Of a DNA stretch of 64,000 nt, positions 1-12,960 are shown piece after piece. The stretch's first letter is position 1. Each line of letters begins with the position of its first letter. The notes beneath the pieces are model-generated. The model ran no database searches. It had not been told where the DNA came from and saw only the letters and a program-made list of their open reading frames with translations. The position numbers and the translations under genes are program-made. Origin of the DNA: Octopus bimaculoides (lineage: Eukaryota); contig NC_068981.1 in assembly GCF_001194135.2 (NCBI RefSeq), forward strand, positions 178,065,035-178,129,034, written 5' to 3'.

Positions 1-255
1 CACTAGAAACTTGACATAAAAGTCGGCATTAGTAAGTCTGCTGCTTATGATAGATATACTACACTAAAATGAAAAGTAATGTAAAAAAAAAAAACTCTTC
101 AGTTGTATTATTTCTTCATGATGTTATTGAAGATAATTCTGCAATGTAAATGTGTTAATCCTTCCTCCATTAAGAAAATGAAATGGTAATATGTAAAATT
201 ACTAATTGTAAAATGATGTTTGTGAGTATTAAGCTACCTACAAACATTAATGCAA

Positions 256-942
256 AATATGAATTTTATGTACATTATTTACAATGGATGGATAAGTGTC
301 CTCATCTTGTTTGTTGTTACCACAACATTTCAGTCCATGTACTCTCCAGCTTTCATCGGGTGGAATTTTGAACCCAACCCTTTATTTGACTAATGGGGTA
401 TTTTGTTCTCATTCCTAAGGTATTCTTTTTTTGCTGATGTTATTTTTTCTGTTGATATTATTTCCCAAGTCCCTGACTGGGATTGAACTCAGAATCCAAG
501 GGTTAGTAGCCTGCGCTCTTATCCACTATGCTATATGCCCATAGGTAATTATAGAGTGAATTATAGTGTATTAAAAAAAGATAAAATATTAGGTTTATAA
601 GCCTAAAAATTCACTCTATAATTACAGGCATACAGCAGAGTGGATAGGAGCATGGACTACTAACCCTTGGATTCTAAGTTCAATTCCAAGCAGGGACTTG
701 GGAAATGATATCAACAGAAAAAAATAACATAAGCAAAAAAAAAAAGAATACCTTAGGAATGAGAACAGAGTACCCTGTTAGTCAACTAAAGGGTTGGGTT
801 TGAAATTCCACCAGAACATCTGATGAAGGCTAGAGAGTACATCGGCTGAAATGTTGTGGTAACAACAAACAGGGTAAGGACACCATTGTAAATAATGTAC
901 ATAGTTCCTATCTCAAAAATATAGAATAATATGAATTTTATG
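256..942. mobile_element. Fold-back (head-to-head) dimer of a tRNA-headed, hammerhead-tailed element (family H1), with direct flanking repeat AATATGAATTTTATG
   Basis: Arms 271-562 and 608-902 are diverged reverse complements; the direct repeat lies at 256-270 and 928-942; each arm has an A/B-box tRNA-like head and a decayed hammerhead. Confidence 0.8.
470..540 (-). other. tRNA-derived (Asn-like by inference) Pol III head of the H1 element, left arm; a second copy lies on plus at about 627-698. Not a functional tRNA.
   Basis: Minus read gggcataTAGCATAGTGGataagagcgcaggctactaacccttggattctGAGTTCAATCCcagtcaggga: A box, anticodon-like loop CTACTAA, B box. Confidence 0.7.
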
Positions 943-2898
943 GATTTCTAGATTAATAAAATAATTAATATAACAGTAAATGAAAAGAGTTTATCTTAAC
1001 TAATTATTATCATTACAAGGGGGTGGTAGACTGGTAGAATATAGGTAGAACTAGTAGAACAATGAGAGCAATATGCTTTGCATACCATCATCATTATTAT
1101 TATATGTATGTGTTATTTTACTGGCATTATATAAATAAGTTTCATGAAACAACCTCCACCCCATTTTTTTTTCTATAGACAGTTAGCCTTCTCATTGTAA
1201 GCCGATTTTTCTTGAGTGAGAGAAATAAAGATAAAGAGACAGACAGGCAGACAGGCAGAGACAAAAATGGACAGACAGACAGAGAGAGACAAAGAATAGC
1301 TTTAGAAAGGTTTATTTATTTGCCAAAAGACTTGTTGGTGACCTTTTTCTTTTTATTTTCTTTTTTCACACTATGTACCCTACTTACCTTTAACAGTGCT
1401 ATGTTAAACCACCAGATCTGATTTACTACTGTACTCCAGCCCACCTAATATGAGACTTTTTTCTTAAAGATCACTCTTGCTCATAGGAACTCCACTTTGA
1501 GGAAAAAAAAAAAAGAAAATAAAAAAACCTGCTCTAACTAGATAATCTGGAATAACAAGATATCTTCTACAAGACTAGGTTAGAACACAATTGAAATGAG
1601 TCCCCCACCCTTTTTTTTATTATCACAACACTAAATAAAGATACCAAGACGTCTAGGTCACCGATTCCCAAAATGTGTACCTCCCACAACTTCCTTGACA
1701 CTGAGTTTGGTTCAAAGTGTGTCCTACCCTCCCAGTTAAAAGCTTTATCCAGAATGACAGTTGGGAAGAATATGGACAACAAAATTCGAAAACATAATAA
1801 CAATTAAAATTAAACATTCATTTCACAATACATAATAATAATAATATAATTGCAAATATTTAAATTAATCAATTTAACAAATTCAATCAACCTATCAATC
1901 CATACATGCCATTTTGTTTTTTAGTGAGCAGGGTTGACCGTTATTTAACACTGTCAGTCTTACACATATCATTTAACATCTATTTTACTGTTCAGTCAAT
2001 CTACAATGTCATCATAGAGTAAAAAGGAAGAAGATATTCAGTACCAAAGTTCATCAACTGAAAATCTTCAGTCACTTAGCCTATTGCCTTTCCTAAGAAA
2101 CAACTCTGGATTCTTTCTCCTATACTAACTCTAATAATTCTTTCTAACATAAGCACAAGGCCTGAAATTTTACAAGATGGAGATAGACAGTCAATTGCAT
2201 CGACCCCAGTGCTCAACTAATACCTATTTTATTGACTCCAAATGGATAAAAGACAAAGTCAACCTCAGCAGAATTTGAGCTTAGAATGGAATGTAAAGCT
2301 AGAAGAAATGCTAACAAATCTGCTAACTCACTGCTGGCTAACCCTAATAATAATAAAACCAATCATTTCTAACACTAGTACAAGACCAAATATTATATTT
2401 ATATATATATATATATATNNNNNNNNNNNNNNNNNNNNNNNNNNNNNNNNNNNNNNNNNNNNNNNNNNNNNNNNNNNNNNNNNNNNNNNNNNNNNNNNNN
2501 NNNNNNNNNNNNNNNNNNNNNNNNNNNNNNNNNNNNNNNNNNNNNNNNNNNNNNNNNNNNNNNNNNNNNNNNNNNNNNNNNNNNNNNNNNNNNNNNNNNN
2601 NNNNNNNNNNNNNNNNNNNNNNNNNNNNNNNNNNNNNNNNNNNNNNNNNNNNNNNNNNNNNNNNNNNNNNNNNNNNNNNNNNNNNNNNNNNNNNNNNNNN
2701 NNNNNNNNNNNNNNNNNNNNNNNNNNNNNNNNNNNNNNNNNNNNNNNNNNNNNNNNNNNNNNNNNNNNNNNNNNNNNNNNNNNNNNNNNNNNNNNNNNNN
2801 NNNNNNNNNNNNNNNNNNNNNNNNNNNNNNNNNNNNNNNNNNNNNNNNNNNNNNNNNNNNNNNNNNNNNNNNNNNNNNNNNNNNNNNNNNNTATAAAG

Positions 2899-2996
2899 AG
2901 AGGGAGAGACAGACAGACAGACAGAGACAGACAGACAGACAGACAGAGACAGACAGACAGACAGAGACAGACAGACAGAGACAGACAGACAGACAG
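2899..2996. repeat. (AGAC/AG)n microsatellite. Representative of many others: (ATT)n 10255-10320, (GT)n(GA)n 16912-17025, (AG)n 28136-28212, (AT)n 55088-55156, (GT)n 60208-60270.
   Basis: Read directly; most N-gaps abut such tracts. Confidence 0.95.
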
Positions 2997-3633
2997 AATA
3001 ATTGATTACGTCAACTTCATTGGCTTTAATGGTACATATTTTATAAACTCCAGCAAGAGTAAAGGCAAACATCAACCACAATATGAACTGAATCCATAAA
3101 CTAATGGATTTAACTGAAGATATTTTGCTCCACCACACCTGTTATCTACCAATCTAGGTACTAGTTTTAGCTAAGACCACCAATTCTGAGGGAAAGGGGA
3201 AAGTTGATTACATCAGTACTTTTTATTGACTCTGAAAGGATAAATGGCAAAGTTGACCATTGCAGAATAAGAACTCAGACTGCAAAAACCAAAGCAAATG
3301 CAGCTAAGCATTTTGTCATCATAAAAACTAGCAGATGTGGTCCTACTAACATCATAGATCTAAAGCAAAGAAAACAAAAAAAATGAAGGTACTTATTTCA
3401 GGCTTATCAACTAACACTTTAACTGTTATTTACTTAGTATAGTATATTAAATCAATGGAAACACTAAATATTAATATTTCCAGAAAATTTTGTATAAGAT
3501 TTTAAGCAATATGCAAAATGACTTTTCAAAACTACTTCAGATATTTGCAATAATTTTATTTAGAAGCTTTTCATCATTTAATTAATTAGTGGCATAAATT
3601 TAAATGATTAATATTTTCTTCCTGTTTTATTTA

Positions 3634-3668
<35 letters not shown>

Positions 3669-4642
3669 ACATGCATACGTTTAAGCATGGAAAGCAAATG
3701 TAAACTGATGATAATGATGTGTGTTTATATATATATATATATNNNNNNNNNNNNNNNNNNNNNNNNNNNNNNNNNNNNNNNNNNNNNNNNNNNNNNNNNN
3801 NNNNNNNNNNNNNNNNNNNNNNNNNNNNNNNNNNNNNNNNNNNNNNNNNNNNNNNNNNNNNNNNNNNNNNNNNNNNNNNNNNNNNNNNNNNNNNNNNNNN
3901 NNNNNNNNNNNNNNNNNNNNNNNNNNNNNNNNNNNNNNNNNNNNNNNNNNNNNNNNNNNNNNNNNNNNNNNNNNNNNNNNNNNNNNNNNNNNNNNNNNNN
4001 NNNNNNNNNNNNNNNNNNNNNNNNNNNNNNNNNNNNNNNNNNNNNNNNNNNNNNNNNNNNNNNNNNNNNNNNNNNNNNNNNNNNNNNNNNNNGGGCTGGC
4101 AGAATTATTACCACACCAGGTAAAATGCTTAGCGGCATTTCACCTGTCTTTACATTCCAAGTTCAAATGCCACTGAAGTCAGCTTTATCTTTCATCCTTA
4201 CAGGATTGATGAAAAAAAGTACCAGTGAAATACTGGGATCGATGTACTCAACTAATAATCCTCCCCTGTGAAATTGCTGGTTTTGTGCCAGAATTCGAAA
4301 TCAATATTAACATTGTGTGTATGTGTGTGTGTGCGTGTGTGCATGCGTATGTGTGCATCTTGGTATCTGTTAGAGATGATTTGAATATCTGCGCACGAAA
4401 AGTTTCTCACTAAAGTGCAGGTTTGAGCAAGATTTTTCTATGGAAGGCCAGTAACTACTCATCCATGCAAGTCTCCCCTCTTTGCACCAAAGGAAAGGCA
4501 AGACTGATGCAGCTTGGTACTAGTGTTGTCATAAAGCAAAGAACCAGCATACATAATTTCAAGTATCACATTCAACACTCTAAAGGTTTTGCCAATCTGT
4601 CATAACAAATGACAAGGCATTATGTTCTAACAATTCCTCAAC

Positions 4643-4680
<38 letters not shown>

Positions 4681-4974
4681 CACTAAATATGATGTACTCT
4701 TTAGAGTACATGTCATATGTGTTTTATTACTGCGTTTGTGCATGTGCACATAGATAACACTACTGGTTAGCATGTTTGTAGAAGGCCAAATTTATTGTAG
4801 ATGCATGGTTTCAAATTCCAGGGATATTTATATGTATTTTGACTATGTTCTGAATTTATACGTATTCTGACTATGTTCTGGTCAATCAGATGCGTGTGTG
4901 TGCGTATTTTGTTATAATAAGTATATGTGTTGCTTAAGTGCTAGATGTGGATCTATATGTATGTGTGGATGCGA

Positions 4975-5620
4975 GGTGATGATAGGTATTTCAAAGGAAG
5001 AGAGTTTAGAGGTGGAGTCCATGGGAGTAGGTTGAGCATTCAGAGAGAAAAGTTAGGTTTTTGTCAGTGTTAGAGCTGAAAGTCAAGGGAACTGAAGTGC
5101 AAGGCTAAGCCAAACATGTAGAGATGCTGGGTGGAGTGATTCATGGAGCAAAAGTGGTATGAAACAGAGGAGTTTTTGCCTAGATAGATGTTACAAAGGT
5201 GTTTAGTAAAGCAATGAGACAGGTATCATCCAATCTGCCTGATATACTTAGGGAGTTACAGAGGGAGCATTTTAAGTAGTAGATGATATTAGTAGAGATG
5301 CAGGTGAAAGGGTCAGATGCATAGAAGGACTGATGGCTAAGGCTGGTGAGGACAGCAATGTTAAAGTAGAATGGATAGGCATGGATAGACATGACAGCAG
5401 CAAGAGTGAAGAAGGGATCCAGATTAGGAATAGTGAAGCAGAGAAGGAACTATGAACAAGTAGTAGGTCCACATAGGATAAAGGCATAGTTAAGGGAATG
5501 AAGAGATGATACGCATAAGACGTGGGAGATGGTGGAGTCAGATGGGAGGCTTTCGAATGCACAGGGTTATAAAGCATGGGAAGTGTCATTTTTTCAGAAG
5601 TAGGAACAGAAGAACCCCAC
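4975..5620 (-). mobile_element. Degenerate Penelope-like element: GIY-YIG endonuclease C-terminal region
   Basis: Frameshifted translation FTCISTNIIYYLKCSLC...YIRQIG*YLSHCFTKHLCNI...VSYHFCSMNHS...FGL follows the PLE pattern FTCxSxNVIYCIxCxxC..YIGQTGR.L..RFxEH....V..HF....H. Confidence 0.75.
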
Positions 5621-5835
5621 CCCTAACACACAAACACACGCACGCACACGTCTTTCAAGAGAAATACTGCATTACTGTGTCTCTTTACTTTAGACCCTTG
5701 TGAGGGTGTAAACATGGCCTAGCTTAATGGTGCATGTGCTAATGCAAACAGGTATTTGCCCAATATGTTGGAGACACTAACTAATATGTTAGTGTTTGTA
5801 TATTGAATTTAATTATGTATAATGATTATTTCTTC

Positions 5836-5884
<49 letters not shown>

Positions 5885-8224
5885 AGATCGCTGTTGATGA
5901 CTTTTATATATCAAAACTCTGGATAAGGGTTGTATATTTCTACTCACTTTCGGCATTTTTAGAGTTATTAAAAAACACAACAAAATACTATCTGTTATCC
6001 AAAATGATTTTATTTTAGTGTGTGTGTGCGTGCGTGTGCATGCGTGCGTACGCACACAGACACACACATCAACCAAATGTATTGTTCATCCAATTACATG
6101 TTCTTCAGTATCATAAAAGCAATGATTATACCACAACAGTATGCTGTGAGCATGAAACGCACAAGGGAGATATAGTCTATTGAAAACTATCTTGGATTGC
6201 TGCAGGTTCTAATTTAGAGAGCACGTGCGCATATGTGTGTGTGTGTGCATGTGCATGCACATGTGTTTATATATATATATATATATATACATATATACAT
6301 ATATATATATATGTATATGAGTCATTTATTTCTGATAATGGACATACAAAGTAAAATGTAGAAGCCTAGCAAATATATAGCTTCTGTACATATGGATATA
6401 GTAGAGGTGACATTTTGCTTAGAGGACATTTATAGTATACAGAGACAGTGAATGTAACAGAATAATGGAGGTGCTAAGAACAATGAAATTCCACAAAACA
6501 GGAAGAACTTCCAGAAAAATCTGTAACTCAGTGATTAGCAATCCACCATCCACATCATTTTATCAATGCACTTCACTTGTAACATATCAATATGAAATTA
6601 TGAACAATTGTGGTATTTGTGGATGCTGCCTGATAGTAAGTAGGGCAATTTTACCAAAAGTAAAAAAGCAAAATAACTGACTGGTTAGTGTGAAAGAAGC
6701 AGGTAAATATTATCATAACTATTATTGCCAATATTATCATAACTATTATTATAAAATATTTAACTATTTACCAGTGTTATGTGTACAAGATAATAAGCAG
6801 CTTATAACATACTGATTCCATATAGCAATGATAATCATATTTCTTCATAATAGTTTCTTACCCCAGAACCAATGTTACAATAAATATGAACAGAAAGAGT
6901 TTCTTGTGATAAAGTGTAATACATTAATAAATTTATTTAGAATGCCATTTATAGAGCTTATTATAAATAGACTTAGTAATAGTTTTAGATATCAGAAGAG
7001 TCAGTGAAAGAACTAAATTTATGCCTTAGAGTGACAAAATAAAAAAATTTTTAAATTTAATATTTTTTTTTTAATTGAAAACTTCTAACAAAGTTAGTTT
7101 TGAAAAATAGTAAAAAAGAAACCTATGAGGACCAGATAGCAAGTAGATAGAAAGGAAATTACTAGCAGCTACTAAATGAGCAAGCTAAACTTGGAAAGAC
7201 AAAATTACAAAGTATATTAGAAATTTAAGAGAATAGATTTATGTAGTATAGAGGCCTGTCACAAAATTAGAAGGTAAAAGCTGAAAAAAATGGGTGCACT
7301 AACTTCATAGATTTTCAAGCTAAAGAGTGTTAACTGAAAAAGATGAAATTAAAATTAGTACAAAGTATAAAATGCAATTTATGACTCCATGTTAATATGT
7401 AACTAACTGTGGGGTCAGTGAGCTGGCAGAATCACTAGCACATCAGACAAAATGCTGAGTGGCATTTCATCTGTCTTTACATAACTGAGTTCAAATCCCA
7501 CTGAGGTTGATTTTGCCTTTCATCCTTTCTGAGTTGATAAAATAAAGCACCAGTAGAGCACTGGGGTTGATGTAATCAAGTAACACTCCCCTGAACTTGC
7601 TGGCCTTGTGCCAAAATTTGAAACCAATATGTAACATCGTCACCAGGTGTCTTGCAAAATCTGTTTCAATCATTTAATTTAAGGTTTAGTATGCTTTCAA
7701 ACGCACGCACTCATGTGTGTGAGTGTGTTTAAGTTGAATGTGATTCACAAGCCATTTAAATAGTTGAGTATGTTTGTATTGAAACTTTTTAATAGCTCCC
7801 TGTATGCAATGTTTTTAGAGTGGCATAAATAATGATGATCATAATCCTTGTGATGCATCCATGACAACACACGTACAATGCACACGACTTGGATATAACT
7901 AGAGAACTCCATGAGACCACTCCACGTAAAGTTCTCCCAAACATTGTGGTATACCTCATGTTGCATTAATATATATCAGAGCTGGCAGAATTGTTAGCAC
8001 ACTGGGCAAAATACTTAGTAGCATTTCACCTGTCTTTACGCTCTGAGTTCAAACTCTGCCAAGAATGACTTAGCCTTTCATCCTTTCAAGGATTGAGTAC
8101 TGGGGTTAATGTAATGAACTTACCCGCTCCCTCGAAATTGCTGGCCTTGTGCCAAAATTTGAAATCAATATTTAGATTCTTCTATTTTTCAGATTCTTAC
8201 TAAAGTGTAAGTTGATTGTAGAAC

Positions 8225-8543
8225 ATTATATTCACATACAGTTCTATATTTAAGAGATGAGGAATTATTTACATTATTTACATTATTTACATTTGACGGA
8301 TTAATAACAGTAATAATAATAATATAATAATAATAGTAACATCGTTAGGAATGAGAACTCAGGTTCGAAATTTCCCCAAGACACCTGACGAAGGCTGGAG
8401 GGTATATCAGCTGANNNNNNNNNNCCAAGACACCTGACGAAGGCTGGAGGGTATATCAGCTGAAACGTTGTGTTAACAACAAACAAGATGAGGAGAAATA
8501 TCCATCAAATGTAAATAATGTAAATAATGTATTATATTCACAT
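8225..8543. mobile_element. H1-family insertion with inverted terminal copy and 13-bp TSD ATTATATTCACAT
   Basis: TSD at 8225-8237 and 8531-8543; the left end is the reverse complement of the family 3' terminus; contains a 10-N gap. Confidence 0.8.
8429..8474 (+). ncRNA. Minimal type-I hammerhead ribozyme motif (H1)
   Basis: GACAC-CTGACGA-A-GGCTG(10-nt loop)CAGCT-GAAA-CGTT-GTGTT: stem I GACAC/GTGTT, core CUGANGA and GAAA, palindromic ACGT stem III. Confidence 0.75.
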
Positions 8544-9317
8544 GTTCTTCATATTTTCTTTTTTGTTGTCTTTAAATTAAAATAAGAGTATATAAGTCAA
8601 GTATGAAGCATCACACGGTTTTCCCTTTCTTATCTAAGCAAAATTCTTCTGAGTTCTCATACCTTATGACATTCATTCTTTTATGCGCATTTGAAATGCC
8701 TGTAGCTTACTGGGGGATATCATTGCAGTTTCAGGAAGGAAAAAAAAAAAGAGTGAAATGACATTTAAAAACAAAACTTTGCTTATTAGGACCTACTATG
8801 TAATGGGGGAAATGCCAACTCCACTCCTAAAATATGGGAAAACATAAACTGAAAGTATTTTACGTCAGAGGAAAAACATTGCATCTGAGTATGTCTGAAA
8901 ACAGAAAACACCCAGCAAAATGACTATTGTGTGTTAATCTTAATATGCCCTAAGTTGATGAACTAGTTTGTCACTTAGTAATTAATCTCACTAGTGTCCA
9001 TGTTAAGAAGAGACTGGCTAATTTACTAATTTTATATTTCAAATAATGACAAATAATTTTGAGTAAATAAGTTCTTGCGTGGTTTGTTTAGCTACAGGTC
9101 AACCTGAATTGAGTAAATCTTGGCCAATCCATCTTTTTTAGGGGTATCTAGCACTACATCATTCAATGTGTCTTTTTCTTGTTTAAAATGGCAAGGTACA
9201 ATTTGAGGAAGATTTGGCAGCCAGGTTGAACTTCTTTGATGGCCAGTATAATTTTGTGTGTGGTATGTGGTCAACATATTATCCTGAGAACATGAACCAG
9301 AGGTCTAATATAGGGGG

Positions 9318-9367
<50 letters not shown>

Positions 9368-10253
9368 GCGCACGCGCGCATACTTATAAATACATTAGAA
9401 TGTTGAATTCAGTATTCAAGACTTACAGGTAATTTGGGGCTAAAGAAGTAACTATGTCACCTTGATAGATTTGGTTAAGTTGAATATAACAAGTATTTAG
9501 TTGTGTACCTATGTTGTATATCTCAGGTTTGAGATGATGCAAGTTATGTGGTATTTACGAATAAAGAATATTTAGATTTGTAAAGATTGTTAGACCCAGC
9601 AATTGTGATGATTGATGATTATAGCTATATGGTATCTATGAATAAAGTGATAATGATCTCATTTTGCTTTATTTAAATGTGTAGTTTGTTTAATTTTTAT
9701 TTTTTTCTTCCTGTTCTTGTTGAGTTACAGTTACATGTTGTTTTGAATATGTTACCATTGTAGGATATATGGAAAATAAAAGAAGGGTCTAAATTGATGC
9801 CATCAATCTAAGAGAGCATTTGGTTTGAGGTGATGGGGGTGACAATCATTGATAGAGAAAGTCAAAGTAAAGACAGAACTCGAAATAATGTATTTTTGAG
9901 TTTATAAGATTATCATTTCTATGTTCCCCTGACATACAAGGAAACTTTCAAAGTGACCAGAAACGGGAAGTTTTGTCAGAAGATTCCCAGGCTGATAGAC
10001 AAACACGCACTCCCATGCATGTGCGTTCATCCTTTGTTTACTCACGCATGTGTCAGCAAAGTCTACCTTGATAAGTAAACACTAGATATAATAAACAGAA
10101 TAAAAAACAAACTAAGGAAAACTGTAAATGTGTTTCATTTACAGTTTTCAGGATCACAGTTTTCAGTAATATAGTTGCATATTACATGCCAAGAGGAGAA
10201 AAACAAAATAATTGCAGATAATTTGGTTGGATTATATGGCTTTTACTACAGTC

Positions 10254-10304
<51 letters not shown>

Positions 10305-11204
10305 CATTGCTATTATTATTAAATAGAAACAATCACTTTAATAGCATACAGAACAGTATTAAAGGAGAGAAATTTCTATTTCTGTTTATTCCAATATCAA
10401 TTTTCTTTATTGCACCATTTATTTAGTTGTTTACTGATAGAAGAAAATGTCCAAAAACTAAAGGTAACGAATTATTGGTATTGGCAATAATTTAATAGGA
10501 ATCGTCTTTTTTTTTTTTTTTTTTTAAGGGTGTGTTTCTGGGACGGAGAGGTGATGTTATTTTTTACTCTTTCTTTCATTTTCTCTGATTACCACCTATG
10601 TCAAGCATTACATTTTCTGTGAGACATCTAAATGTAATTACTGGAATATTACTATTTACTCTATTCTAGACACAATATACAAGGTTATGTTAAATGAAGT
10701 CACTAGCAAAAATCCAAGTAGCTAGTATATTCCAGTTTGGTATCAAGCTTAAGTTAGAGAAAGATATTTGCCATCTTCAAACGGCATAGGAAACAGTCTT
10801 CAGATATCTTAACTGTAGTATGTGTTAGAAATCCTAAGGCAGTTTGAGAGATATAGTTTGTACAAAATATCAACAAGCAGACAAAAAATCCATAATCAAA
10901 TTTAATCTCCTCCCTATCGTTGTCGTCATCATCTAACGTCTGTTTTCCATGCTGGTATGGATTGGATGGTTTGACACGAGCTAGTATGGCGGAGAGCTGC
11001 ACCAGGTTCCATTGTCTGTTTTGGCATGGTTTCTATGGCTGGATGCCCTTCCTGCTGCCAACCACTTCATAGAATGCTATGTGGTACCAGCACTGACAGG
11101 GCCACCAAGTAACTTGGAAGACAAAAAAACCCTCAGCTGGGAGTGGTGTGGCTTTGTGCCATACATATATATATGTATATATTGGTGGCATATATACACA
11201 CACA

Positions 11205-11531
11205 TGGAAGCGCAATGGCCCAGTGATTAGGGCAGCGGACTTGCGGTCATAGGATCGCGGTTTCGATTCCCAGACCGGGCATTGTGAGTGTTTATTGAAC
11301 GAAAACACCTAAAGCTCCACGAGGCTCTGGCAGGGGATGGTGGCGAACCCTGCTGTACTCTTCCACCACAACTTTCTCTCACTCTTACTTCCTGTTTCTG
11401 TTGTGCCTGTAATTCAAAGGGTCAGCCTTGTCACACTGTGTCATGCTGAATATCCCCGAGGACTACGTTAAGAGTACACGTGTCTGTGGAGTGCTCAGCC
11501 ACTTGCACGTTAATTTCACGAGCAGGCTGTT
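11205..11531 (+). mobile_element. Same SINE family as 31769-32156, 3' end lost in a gap
   Basis: High visible identity to the reverse complement of 31830-32156. Confidence 0.88.
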
Positions 11532-12219
11532 NNNNNNNNNNNNNNNNNNNNNNNNNNNNNNNNNNNNNNNNNNNNNNNNNNNNNNNNNNNNNNNNNNNNN
11601 NNNNNNNNNNNNNNNNNNNNNNNNNNNNNNNNNNNNNNNNNNNNNNNNNNNNNNNNNNNNNNNNNNNNNNNNNNNNNNNNNNNNNNNNNNNNNNNNNNNN
11701 NNNNNNNNNNNNNNNNNNNNNNNNNNNNNNNNNNNNNNNNNNNNNNNNNNNNNNNNNNNNNNNNNNNNNNNNNNNNNNNNNNNNNNNNNNNNNNNNNNNN
11801 NNNNNNNNNNNNNNNNNNNNNNNNNNNNNNNNNNNNNNNNNNNNNNNNNNNNNNNNNNNNNNNNNNNNNNNNNNNNNNNNNNNNNNNNNNNNNNNNNNNN
11901 NNNNNNNNNNNNNNNNNNNNNNNNNNNNNNNNNNNNNNNNNNNNNNNNNNNNNNNNNNNNNNNNNNNNNNNNNNNNNNNNNNNNNNNNNNNNNNNNNNNN
12001 NNNNNNNNNNNNNNNNNNNNNNNNNNNNNNNNNNNNNNNNNNNNNNNNNNNNNNNNNNNNNNNNNNNNNNNNNNNNNNNNNNNNNNNNNNNNNNNNNNNN
12101 NNNNNNNNNNNNNNNNNNNNNNNNNNNNNNNNNNNNNNNNNNNNNNNNNNNNNNNNNNNNNNNNNNNNNNNNNNNNNNNNNNNNNNNNNNNNNNNNNNNN
12201 NNNNNNNNNGGAGTTAAAC

Positions 12220-12252
<33 letters not shown>

Positions 12253-12284
12253 AGAGGAAAAAATATTTTTACAATATATTAAAT

Positions 12285-12960
12285 TAAAGGAGGTAGCTAA
12301 TTGCAAGAACTGATGAAAGGAGAACTTGAAGAAATATGCAATAATAAGGTGAAAACCTGTAGGTAATTTGATAAGCCACATCAATTTGCAGGGGGGGGGG
12401 GTTAGTATAACTATGTCAAAGGATGAAGCTAGTTTATCATAACCTTTTTACATATGAGAACTGTAAAGAGTGCAAGTGAAACGGATCCAGTAGCTATTAG
12501 ATCAAAGGTATTGTTGAATTGCATTAAAGAAAAAGTTCCACAGAATAGTGGTCCTTAAAGATGAATAATGTTTGGTGTGTAGTGTGCAAAAACTAAAATG
12601 TATAGGTGGAATGAAGTAGAAAGATCAAAAAGAAATGGAATAGAGCTGGTAACTTTTGAATAAGATAGGAAGTTATATAATAGAGATGGGAGAAGCAAGA
12701 GAACACAGCACATTAAAACATTTCATTCAGGGAAGACTTATCAATCAGGTGAATAGCTTTCAGAAAAACGTATCATCTTAGCTGTGGAAAAATAGTATTC
12801 CCAAAGTGAAGCTATTGTAGAAATTCAAGAGCTATTCAAAGCTGAAATATATTTTGCTGCAAAAAAGAAACTAAGTTTCTTTGACTAAGCAATATTAATA
12901 AGGCTTCTAGAAGAAATTGTTGGAGATAGTAATTCCTTATATATGTAATTATAGGGATGT
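12285..12960 (+). mobile_element. Possible highly decayed RTE-like LINE fragment
   Basis: Weak motif-like stretches (ILIRLLEEIVGD) in purine-rich, coding-like sequence. Confidence 0.3.

Larger units (their letters stand above)
2150..8170. mobile_element. Cluster of older Deu/Nin-type SINE copies (about 2150-2340 minus, 2995-3110 minus, 3170-3320 minus, 4093-4300 plus, 7410-7630 plus, 7977-8170 plus). More lie at about 13040-13200, 15870-16060, 21370-21600 and 26080-26480.
   Basis: Recurrent ttctgagttcaaat...gcctttcatcct...agtaccag motif; boundaries approximate. Confidence 0.7.

Noticed and set aside
470-698. tRNA gene calls for the tRNA-like heads here and in SINEs
   Set aside because: Acceptor and anticodon stems are degenerate and the heads are embedded in repeats
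1388-1494. Exon-like segment on minus (poly-T..AAG acceptor, AAG|GTAAGT donor)
   Set aside because: Stops in all three frames and no ZMIZ1 similarity; such pseudo-exons are expected by chance in AT-rich introns, though a poison exon cannot be excluded
8365-8461. Apparent tandem hammerhead dimer across the 10-N gap
   Set aside because: The duplicated ~40 nt on both sides of a fixed-size gap most likely reflects contig overlap; long reads are needed before calling a real dimer
12312-12340. CTGATGA...GAAG hammerhead-like string
   Set aside because: No stem I or III, and the GAAA core is broken
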